Part shown: one piece after another, positions 39,909-51,900 of the stretch
Numbering within the stretch: the stretch's first letter is position 1
Layout: each line of letters opens with the position of its first letter
Program-made: the position numbers and the translations under genes
DNA from: Paraspadella gotoi
Taxonomy: Eukaryota > Animalia > Chaetognatha
Direction of reading: 5' to 3'
DNA length: 64,000 nucleotides
NCBI GenBank assembly: GCA_051294375.1
Contig: CM119268.1
Location: 9,804,370 to 9,868,369, forward strand
Notes under the pieces: generated by a model
What the model was told of the DNA's origin: nothing
Database searches by the model: none
The model's input: the letters and a program-made list of their open reading frames with translations, nothing else

Positions 39909-42900
39909 GAGAGAGAGAGAGAGAGAGAAAGAGGAGAGAGATAGATCCGCTTTTAACTTTTCACGCAGGCGTCCCGTTCCATCAGCAGAGCCAATGCGCC
40001 ATAATCACTCAGAGTTCACCGGGAAAGTTTTGTCGGATCAAGAGCCTTTGAAGGTAAGTTAAAAAAAATAGGGCCAATAGTTTTTTTCTTTAAGAAAGCC
40101 GTGGTAGGTACAAAAAAAAAAGCTATCAGATTAGTATAGACAATTGACATTTGAATTCGGATCAATGTGTCAAAAAACTAGAAATGAATAACAAATATAA
40201 TTCCCGGGACAACATGCCGTACCGTCGCCTAAGATTTCGAATCTCGACGCATTCCTTCCGCAATCTTCTGCCGCCCAACTCCCTATCACGAACGCTCCTC
40301 CCGGCACCACACGAAAAAAAAAAAGGATGTTTTGAAGAGATTCGATTCTTCTCTTTCGATCGGATTTTTTTGACATCGAGACCGAGAGAAACAGACGAGG
40401 TTGGGTCCGCGTGCGCGGAACGTCGCCCTTCGCAAGCTTCGAACTGCCCTCTTTTTTACCCCTCCCCGTATGACCCTTTTTGTTTTTTTTTATTGTTTTT
40501 TTATTCCTACCCTCGTTTTCCGGTTGACCAGCATCCCTCATCCGCTTCTGTCGGCGATTTCGCATCCATAGTTTTTTGTTTTTTTTATTCGCGCTCGCTC
40601 GGCGTTTTGCCGCTCTAGCGGTAGATGGTAGAATGGTTAGTCTTTTTTTTTGTTTTACTTCGTCGTTTCGTTTCCATCCGTTCGAAGTCACCAAAAGAAC
40701 GATCGAAAAATTCATTGGCTTTGAGAGTTTCTGTTCTCTCAAGTCCCGATGATGCTGTTTGGCGCTTGAAAGCCTGAAGTCTGAAGGCATCCTGTGCCCG
40801 CTTGGGGGAGTCCGTGTTTTTGCGTGCATGTTCGTGAGTATTCGCTAAAGCTCGAAATTCCATCGCTTGCCCGTTTTTATTGTCCTACGAACGACAGCCT
40901 AAATTCACTGCATGATTGGAATTGTCCATTTTTTTCTTCTTTTTTTTTCTTTTTTTATTTTTTTGGCGGTTTTCCTGGCTGTGAACGCTGGTGCTATTAT
41001 GGACATTCCTTCATAAGTGTTTATTTCGATTTTTTCCTCACGGCTGACCCAACTGGACGCATCTTCCTCTTAAGGACCGCCATGTCTGCTCTTTCCCCTC
41101 TGCATCAACAACATCCCCGCCACTCTGCCACTGTCAAACCCCCGGAAACGACTCAGGCCCGCGGCCCGTTCCAAATCCCCCCTCGCAGTCTCCTCAATCT
41201 GCCGGACGCCTCGCAATGCCGGAAGCTCGAGCGTGGCTCGGTGGCGTCGCTTCTCGGAGTCGACGGCGCGGCTGGCGAGGGAGAGGCACCGTGGCATCCG
41301 TCATCTCGGAAGAAACTACGCGAGATATCGGTCCGACGCGACCTCTCTCTCTCTCTCTCTCTCCTCTCTCTTTTCTCTCCTCTCTCTGTCTCTCTCTCTC
41401 TCTCTTATCTGCTCCTCTCTCTGTCTCCTCTCTCTTTCTCTCTCTTCTCTGCTCTCTCTCAAATAATATTCAATTATCTTAATTTTTCCTGATAATTTGT
41501 TTTTTTCTTATCGACAGAAAGCGCGGAAAAAATCCCATTAGAGGGTGTTTTTGGGAAAAAGGTATTTTTTTAACCGTACTATAATTATAACTTTTTGCCG
41601 ATTGTAATAACTTTTCTAGAACGTAGGCTCGTAGAAAATTCATAATCGTAGATAGTCGGTTTTTTCGGAGACAGACATTTTAAATATCAAACAAAACAGA
41701 GTTTTCTCCAGATATTTGGAGTCTAGTGAATATAATGTTGATTCTGTGTTTTGAAGTGCTATGCAGCCAATTATGCTAATTGTCAAAGAAAGTTAATCTA
41801 AATTGTTTTTGGTCTTTTTCAGGACGCGCAAATGCTTGCTGCAATGAGCGTAATGTTTATTTTTTGTTTTATCTTTTTTATATATATAATTTTACCCACT
41901 AACTATTCGCCGCGTCTTAAAAAAGGCTATCATTTATGCCATCTTAGGTTTAATATAGAAAACTAATATTAACCTAATTATTCCCTTAGATGTTCCACTA
42001 TAATATACAGTGGCTGCTGAGCTGCTGAAAAAAGATATGCAAAGGTATATTTGTTTCTAGCAAAAACATTTTTTCCATCTTGAAGTATCCTTCGTAGCGA
42101 AGCAGTTGAAGAGAAATTTTTAAACGCATGACTGTTTGATGAATGATGCTTTAAACGAGATGAGCTCTGCTTAAAAAAAAGCCCGTTATTTCGCTGTCCG
42201 CAAAGTTTAGCATATTAAACTGGCTAAGAGTTCAATTACTGTATTTTTAGTATTTTTTTTATCCCTGAGAAATATCTTATATTAGTGTTTGAATAACGTT
42301 GTAGTCGTTAATTACGTAGCGACGATTATACAAAAAAAAAAAAAAAAAAAAGAAATAATGAGTAAAAATTGTTCGATTCCCGTATTCATTTACAAAAAAG
42401 ATAACAACGACCGACGACGGACGTGCACATCGATCAGGCGAAGCGAAAGAGAGTCTGCCTCGGCAGATTTAGTAGAAAGGGAAAGAGCGGCCGCGCGCTT
42501 CCGAAACCTGACGACCCTATGCGGCGTCGGCGCCAGCCTCCAAGACTTCCCTCGCCGTCGTCCGAGACAGGCGCGAAGAAGTCGTACGTGCCACGGCTCG
42601 AGAGCTTCGTTGGCTGTTCTTCCGCTCTATGCTTTTTTTGCGCCACGGCTTTGTCTACCGTCTAGCTTTTTTTGCGCCACGGCTGCTCCTCTAGCTTTTT
42701 TTTGCGCGCACGGCTGTCTACCGTCTAGCTTTTTTTGGGCGCACGGCTGTCTACCGTCTAGCTTTTTTGCGCCCGGGCTTTGTGACACGCTTTCTTTTTT
42801 AAAATTTTTTGTCAAGAGTTTTTTTCTGTAATTAAACTTTCAAACGCTTTCTCTCTGTTCGACGCCGATGCGCTGCTTACTGAACGATTTACATAGACGT

Positions 42901-45900
42901 TAGTTCGACTAATATTCAATTTTATTTATAAATATTTATTATTTAGTATTCACCATCCGATTGAGCGGAGTATTTAAATCAAAATAAGCGAAACATCCAA
43001 AATTTTATTTGGGGCTTTTTAGGCTTTTATGCTGATATTATCTCTATATTATCTTATTATTTTTTTCTGTTACGTTCATAGGTTTTTAAAAATTTATATA
43101 ATTCTTTTAGGATTTTAAAAGAATAAATTAAAAGAATTAAAATGAATTAAAAAGCTGAAGCAGCTTTTTATTAACTTAGTAATTCTGAGTTATTTTTATC
43201 TTGCTGTTAGTTACTTTCTGTTGTTAAATGAATAAAGACGATACCTTTTTTGATCCCTGCACCGTTTTCTGAACGCCTTTCGTACTTAAAAAATCCTAAA
43301 AACAATTAACGCGGAAATGCTCGCAACGAAAAAAAAAGAGGCATCCCTCTTTCGACGCGCGCGCCGAGCGCGACGGCTGAGCCCGCCCAAGCTCCGCCTT
43401 TAGTCGTTCCCATCGTCTCGCCCCAGCCGGCCCACCCCTACAGCCCGATGTCAACTACCAGGTAAAGGGCTTTTCGCATTTCGATCTTCGCATGCGTGGC
43501 GCATGATGCGTCCAGACATCCGTCCAAAGCCCGAGTTTTCTCTGAGTTGATATTCCATCCCCAGGAGTGACGAACATTAAATACTGAAAAGTACGCATTC
43601 TCCCTCTTCGCGGTCGTTGTTTTTTTTTTCGAAATTCCCTTGGCATTTTTCACGGGCATTCCCTTTCCGTTGCCAGCCTTATTTCGTTCAGTTGCTCGCT
43701 CTTGTTCGCTTCTCTTCTTTCAGATTCGCATTTGACTGAACTTTTTTTTTTTGTTTTCGCAAGCGGATGCAGCAAAGGACGCGGGTTCGCTCGCATCTTC
43801 GACACCCGGTGGACATGGCCGGCTGCGAAGCCGATCCCTTTTTGGCGGTGAGGAGAAGTTAAGTTATGTTTATTTTCCCTTTAATTTATTTTAACTATTT
43901 CCGCATCTTGGTAAACCCATACCCTCCAGTCCACGGAAGAATACTACTTTTCACATCCACCGTGTTCCGGGGTCAAGACTTGACCCCGGGTCAAACGTGG
44001 TTGGGTCGGACCCAGGAATTCAAGTTCTGCGCGAGAAGCTTCCGCCTTCAGGGACAACGAGGACTTCGTCGTCTGCCGCCATCGACGAGGAAGGATACGA
44101 GTGCAGGTTCCTTTGTTGAAACGGATTCAGTTCTATCCAACATTCGAGCTTTCAACTGAAAAGAAATTAAGTCTGCCAATCAAATTAGTTAAATTCGATC
44201 ATTCCATTCTTCAATCTATGGCAACGTCGATCTTCAAAGTTTGTGGTAATCATTAATTAACCCTACTGAAGAATGACAGTAATAATTGTTACGAGCGTAG
44301 CGACAGAACCGTTCAATATTAAGCAAGTCCGCAGAAGCTTCGGATCGAGGCTGTAACACCGTGTAGCGGCCGGTGAAAGCGCTCCGTCGCGCTCTTACTG
44401 CCAGGCGACCCGCCGGCTAGAACCGCCGGACTCTTTGGGTTAGGAGGCGAATGACTTGCCTTCCTGCACAATGGCCGCGCTGTGAAGCGGTTTGTTGGAT
44501 TTTTATTCCGCACCATAATATATGCAAATCATTTTTTATCCCATAATCCAAAATTTTTTATCACAATAAGTTGACGTTTCATAAACTAAATCGTTCTACT
44601 CTTCATTCACAGATTTCAACGAACGTCGGGAATGTTTGGTCTTCAAACGTGAACGATCTCATCAATCAGTTTCCACAGGGAGTTTAATTTAGTAGAATGA
44701 TCATTGATGCAGTGATCACTAAAAACACAACGGAATCCCGTGATAAACGGCACTGCAACTTCTCTTCTTTCCTATGTAAAGTATGGTATAATGTATTTGA
44801 CTTTAACTTTGCTATTTTTATGCTTTCACTCTTTTCTTCGCTGCTTTTCCTCCTCTCGTCCTTTCTCCCCTCTTCGCTCATGATTCGTGACTAAGAAGAA
44901 AGTTCTAAATTCTATCTCATGATTTCCGCTTCGTCGGTCGGTGTCTTTTTCGTCCTCGCCTTGATGCCCCATTCGTCTTCAGGAGAGCAAGTCATGCTCG
45001 TCGCGGAGTCTCCCGTCGGTTGCATCGCGGATTCTCGACACGGGCCATCCTCTCCTCGCCATCAACGGCAGGGAATGCCCCGCTCAAGTATCAGGTCCGT
45101 GTCCAATGGGTCGCATATGGTCGATTTAGGAAGTCACACTCGAACAGAAGAGAACCCGAGTATGTTGTTATTTTGTTTGTTTACTTTGTTTTGTTTTTTT
45201 TGTTTTTTAGGTGAAATGCGGGACGAAAACTTTTCGCCAGCCCGTCATCATCGAACCTAACGAGCAAGAAGCTTTTCCAAATCGAGCTCGGAGCGACAAA
45301 AAGTGGCGTAGCAGAGGCCGCGACTCTACTGCATCAATTACATAACATTATATTTATTTTAATTTTGTTTTAATTAAGCGCTCTGCCTCAGAGGCACGCT
45401 TCCGCTCTGGCCGCCTTTTTCCGGTCCCTCAACAATATCTCCGTGCGATGTGTCCGCGAGAACTCGAGGTTCATCATTGAGTTGGTAAATCTGGGAGAGG
45501 GAGAAGTTTTTTCTAATTAGGCGAAGGCAGGTTTTATATTGGTAAAGGAGTTCGAAATCATGAACTCAAAAGAGAAGTTATTATTTAACAGGAATTAATT
45601 TTAAAAGTCAAGGACGTAAATAAAGAGATTAATTAGCAGATTATATGTAGTTTTTGTTCTTAGTTTAATATAATAAAGATCGCATTTTCCGTTGGTTGAA
45701 TTATTAAAGGCAAGAAACACATACTGAAACGATAACAGTCAAACCCCAATCTACGCCCACCCCGCACTCTGACTTCAAGACTAAGCATCCTGGTCCCGGT
45801 TCCCAAACCACGATTCCGCTCCAAGCGTTGAAGAATGTCGGACAACGAAGAGGTTGGAGCTCATTGGCCGACGATCCCGTGTTCCTTCATGGCCATCTAA

Positions 45901-48900
45901 CATCCCGAGGAGGATCGTTGCTACGATATTTCTCGATCTCGTCGAAATAGCAAGACTCTCTCTTGAAGTCAGTGGAATAAATTTTTTTTTTTCGGCGTAG
46001 AACTTAAAATAATTTTCAACTGACTTGACTTTCTCATAGCTTCCAACGCTGCAACCTTTCGTCTCTACGGGCGCCGTCTGTTCCCATGACAAACGGCGCG
46101 TGCTCACCGAGTTGACGAAACCACATTGACGAAAAACAACTCATCTGGCGTCAGTTCAGCGCCTTACCTCTCAGGTAAATGTTCATTTCGCGATGAGTCA
46201 CAATTAAACAATTTTACGTAATATAATTCCTTTTACGTCTTTCTTTAGGAATCTCCGAACTGCCTTCTACAGTCTGTTGATGCAAAAAATTCACCTGGAG
46301 AACCATTCGAACGCGAGGTAGCTAAAGTTTGATACTTTTAGTTTCTTTTAATCCACATCAGCAGTTTGATACTTTATAATCTACTATCGCTTATTTTATA
46401 ACACTACATTAATATCCCCAATCCATTTGTTAAGAAATACTTAAAACTAAAACTTGCAGGTCTCGTGCGCTTTCCACGCTATCATCACTTTAAACAACAT
46501 ATTAGAATATTTATGGTAAATTTGGGTTGCACGCGTATCGGACTGTAGTTCATTTCAACGATTGCACTTTCTGTCCTTCCAGTATTCGAGTAAACGCAAG
46601 CTGGCCTACGAGATGATTGGGCCGAAAAGAATTGGTTTCTTCGACTCAGTCTTGTTTTGGGGCCGGTCCACGTTTGATCTTGCCGTGATTAACCGCCGCT
46701 TAAGTGGTTAAAAATTTGCACGAGGGTGTTTCGCGTTTGCTCGAGGAAGATAATGCGGGGCAAAAAAATGTCTTTTTGACTTTTTGTTTATTTTACTTTC
46801 GTCGCAGAAACTTTGACGCAAATTCGAGTTCATAATCCCTTCTGAACCGGAAGAAGCGAAAAACAGAAAATTAACGACCGAAAGATTCGCCCTTTCCGTC
46901 GTGCTGGCGGAGTTTCCATTAGACCTGGAATGGCACACCAATTCAGAGTGAGATTTTGGGAAATGAATTTAATTAGTAGAAAAAAAATTGATGTGAATTT
47001 TAAATTAATATAAAAAAAAAGAAAGAAAAGAGAAAGAAAGAAAGAAAGAACATCACTGACTTAAGAATTACAAGGATTAACTGTCAAGAACGCGTTTTTT
47101 ATTTTCTAGTTTTTCAAGCTTCTTCTGTAGCCGTTTATGCCCCTTCGGAAGAAATAAATAAATGAATGATTCAATGAACTGAATGAATGAATGAAAGAAT
47201 TTATAAAAGATTCAAAAGAAAATAGAGAGAGAAAAAAAAAGAAAGAAGAAAAAAGAAAGAGAAAAGAAAGAAAACAAACAATTCATCCAAACGATTGCGT
47301 CGCCAGGTTCGCGGAGAAGCTCCGGTGGCGCCATCTTCTTTCCGCCTCGCGTTTCCGATTGAGATGCTAAAGACGATGTGCTGAGGGACTCAACGACGCG
47401 TCGCAAGGGCATCAACCATTGCAGGGATCCAATTGAGGATCAAACTCACGCTTTTCGTGTAAGTTTCAAATTTAAACGGTGAAGATTCAAAGTATTTTTT
47501 TTTATTTCGACAATATTCAAATGAGTCAAGTCGTAAATTTGAAATGACATTCCTAGTATTTTTTTTATTGGGATCACTTTTATAAAGGAAGCGCGTCATG
47601 ATAGTTTAATTGCTTTAGAAAAGTTCCTGCGAAACTTTAGACGAAATGATTCGAAAACTGAAAAAAGTTTTTAATTATTTGATTCTTGAATATTCGAATT
47701 CAGAATTCAATTCAGACGTCGAAGAAAAACATAAAATTATATAATACGGTCCAGAATATTTCCGAAATATATTGTATCATTAATCTTAAATAAAAAAAAC
47801 TGTTAACGCTGATGAAGGCTTGTACATACCTAAAGCCGAATCAATGGTCGTTTATTATAAAATAAATCGTTGTTGAAATTAATTGCAAAGCTCTTTCTAA
47901 TTACCAATTAAAAGTCAAATCGATTTGCTTTGTGACTAATCGAGTAGGTGAATATAATTTGACCAAAGAGAGAGAGAGAGAGAGAGAGAAGAAAGAAAGA
48001 GAAGAAAGAAAGAAAGAAAGAAAGGAAGAAAGAAAAGAAAGAAAAAAGAAAGAAAGAAAGAAAGAAAAAATGAATGAGAGATATGAAAGAAAGAAGAAAG
48101 GAAAGAATGAAATAAAGAGAAGAAAGAAAGGAAAGAAAGAATGAAAGAAAGAATAGTCAAAAAAGCAAGATAACAAAGGGTGAGCTCGTGATAAGACTGT
48201 AAGAGACGAAACAAGCATGACTCAGCAAAAAGTTTCTCTGTACTTAACGGTCAACATTTGAGAATGAACTTCGCCCGTGTGAGATTATTCTATTCACGGG
48301 GTGATTGCCCTAATTCGTATTGCCTAAACCTGCGCCTCGTTTTTTAGCTTTAAAAAACGCGCCGGTATTTTCTCAAAACGTCAGCAAATCTCTTCTAAGC
48401 ATTTTTTTCGCTTTAAAATTCTTGCACTTAAAATTCTTTCCCAACGACCACGAGGCAAATCGGTACTTTACCCTCATTTTTATTTAAATCCAATTTCAAT
48501 CTCCGTCCAAAAAAAAAAAAAAACATTTTAAAAAACAGAAACAAAAAAAAAATGAGATCGTCCATTTTTTGCCTCCGTCTTTTCCCTCACCTTGCTTCGT
48601 TCATATTCCTCCTTCCGCCTTTTCGCGCGTTCGCCTCTCCAATAGAGTTCGCCCGTCCCCGGTCCCTTCAACATCTTCCGTCACCTCTCGCCTCCGGCTC
48701 CGAATCGACCTCCGCGCTGGTTTTCCGCGACCGGCGGCAAAAACGCGCATCAACGTCGACATGCGTTTCTTCTCGCGGAACTGGGTCTCCGCCAGAAGCG
48801 GCCGCTTGCAAACGCGACCGAGGACGCCCAGGCGAACGAGGCCGCGCCATCGGTCCCGACCGCACGCGCCTTGCAGCTCATCGTGGATTGTGGCCGCTTG

Positions 48901-51900
48901 GGAATGGAAGCCTCCTGGACAAGAAGCGGCGTCCTGGGATGCGCGGACTTTCGGTTCCTGCACGCTATTCGCTCGAATCGTCGCTGCTCGCCGAACAGGA
49001 CATCAAACGTCGTCGTCGTTCAACGCTTCGCCCTCAGACGCCGCCAAAAAATATTTCCCGCCGCTGTCTCGGACGACGCCCGGAAAGTTGCAGGAGGTGG
49101 CTCGCGCGGAGTCAAGTGGACCCGTGGACGGGATCGTTCGCCCGCGAGGCAGTAAGGGTTGAGGAGGCGACGGAGATCCGGACGAACGTGGCCCTGCCCA
49201 GGGACGGCGGCCGCCAATGTCGAGTGCCCTATGCAGTCAGGCGAGTAGCTCGAGCCAGGGGTGACGAGGAGAGCCTGGTTGGTGGCTTCAAAGCGATTTC
49301 GATCCGGCGAAGGAATGATCGTCGATAATGCTGAAGACAAAGATCAACCCAATCGTCGGTGCGAGGACGATTACGCCGTTGACCAGCGTTTGTCTGTACG
49401 GGAAAGAATTCCTTGAGTGCGCCAAAGCTGCGACGCGTCGAGCAAAGGTTAAGCCGAGGCTTTTTGCACCTATTGACGTGTTCAGGTATAAATGCTTAGT
49501 AAAAGAAATGACGCAGGCAATTAAAATTTATTAGTAATAAACTAATATTTAATTATTGTATAATTAGACTATTTGAGTCAGGTTCCTGATTTAAGAAAAC
49601 AATTTTTGCTATGGCAACAGCCGGGTTGCCTGTTATTGCCCATTGCGATGGGGCGGTCTCACTGTTGGCTTTGGGCTTCCGACCCTCAGTGACGTCTCGC
49701 TGTCACTGTGCGCGGTTACCCGTCGACGGTGGGTCCCGCTTTGCCAACGCAGAGGGAAGTCGTTAGGATATGTGGATGGAACACCCGACGCCTGGATGGT
49801 GCGTTCACTCCTCTGAGCACAATGGAGACTGGCTGAACGATTGGTCTATGTGAGCAGTGTGAATTTACTGCACAAGATCCCCGGGCCAAGACATTACTCA
49901 GGTTCTGCCAGGCCTGAGAGGGTGTTCTGTGAAGATCTACCCATAGTGGGAGAGAAGACAGAGAGCGGCGAGTAGTGGGGGCATGGCGTTTGTCGTAGCC
50001 GTACCCAAAGTTGGCAGGGTATAGGCGTTTGTCCGTAGCTTACCCTGAGAAGTTGCTGTTTGAAATAGTAAGGCTCAACCATTATGGCAACAGCCGGGTT
50101 GCCTGTGATGGCCGCATTGGGAATGGGGCCATCTCACTTTTTGGCTTCCTCAGTGACGCTCCAGAACAACTGGTGCGGTTACGCTAGGATTTTGGTCTCG
50201 CTTGCCACACGGCAGAGGAAAGGTCGTTAGACTGTGGAATGGACACGCCAATGCTTGGAATGGTGGCGTTTCGCACCTCTGAGCCATGGAATTTAGATGC
50301 GAATATACTGCAAGCAGTGCTCATTTAGAAGAATTTTAAATAATTATTTGGAAAATTGGATCAAAGTTAATTTTATTTCCTCCTCAGAAATCTTGTTCTG
50401 ATCGTATTCTCCTTCATCCTTCCTTCCTCTCAATCATCTTCCGAATTTATCCCGAGCAGCGACGAGGTTCGCAGCTTTAGCCGAATCTTTGCGGAGGCGC
50501 GACCCCGAGGAGCTCCGCCGCGCCTCCGCCGTCGACGTCCTGCGACGCCCGCGGTGTGAGGCGAGGGTGCTATATTGAGCGGCGTCGAGCGGTCCGTCGT
50601 CGAATCAGGAGTCGGCGTTGCTCCAACCGTGCCTCGGCGGCGTCCAACCTGCGGGGACTTCTCATCTGTTGCATTTCGTGGCGGCGGCCGGTCGCGACGA
50701 AACAATTTGAGATGCGGAATCTGGCGGGAAGGATATCAACGCCGAAGAAATGAGGTTTCGACGACGCTGAGACGTCTCCTCTTCGCGGCGTCGCGAACGG
50801 GCGTACGTCCAAGAGCCAAGTTCCGGCCCCTCGCGTCGAAGACGACCCTCGATGTTTCACCGGATTTCGGTGCGAAAAATGTTTGTTTGCGCTCCGCAAA
50901 AGCCGACATTTTTTATAACTCTATCGCATAAATTTTTAAGCTTACTTTTCCTTAATCGACGAAAGCGCCGCTCAGACGAAACGCGCCGACTCAGCTAACG
51001 CGGATTGACCTCGCTGCGTTGCCATGGACGACCGGACGCACCAATCAGTCGCCTTCGCCTATCCTCACCATGCTAAAATTCTCTTGCGAACGAAGGACTG
51101 CGGCAAAATCTTCGCCCGCCACTTTAAACCTTGTTCGCCGCCTCGTCTAGTCATGTTCGTCTCCCAACACGCCTGTCTGCGTCATGGCCTACTGCGACCA
51201 ACGATTTCCACGCGCCACGCTTGTCGAGCCGCTGATGGACGCTCCATTTGCTTACGGCGTAAATTGCGGATCTCAGTTTTGGAACTACTTTGCGCACAAC
51301 AGCGTGGAACTGGACCTATTCTTCAGTTATTCTCTTGGTTTTTTCAACGTGCTCTTTCTCTCTTTTCCCAGTCACGCCGAGCGTTGCGTAGAGTCGTTAT
51401 AACTTTTCGCCAGCTTTGGCTGCTACGCAAATTCCCACGTTCCGGAGCATTTGAGGGGTTTTGGACGGCCCTTTAATGGCGTCTGTCGTGGAATGATAAC
51501 CCGTCTTGGGATGCCTTACTCGATGGCGTTTTGGCGGCTAAGCATCTGGCCGCAGATTCAATAGGATTTGAAGGAAAAGAGATGGTGAGGATCCTCTCCT
51601 TGATCTGGGGATTACTCACCACCTTCCACATCGTCCTCCTCTGTTGCATTACACGCGTTCACCACCTGCCTCTGTGGCTCGCGACGCTTTGCTATTTTAT
51701 CAAATTATCCTCTTCATTTTTAAACGTTTGGGCTTTGTCTCTTTACGGCATCTGCTGGCTATTTCGCCTACGAGAACACTGACCATTCTATTTACATTTC
51801 GTCCTTTTCACTCTGACGCGCCATCGTCCTGCCACTACCAGCTGACGGTGAACGTGATCGGTCCTGCGTGGCCGGCTGCGTCCACTTCGCCTGGAATCTC

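Noticed and set aside
42625-42780. CRISPR-like array
   Set aside because: Head-to-tail minisatellite without unique spacers, eukaryotic context, no cas genes
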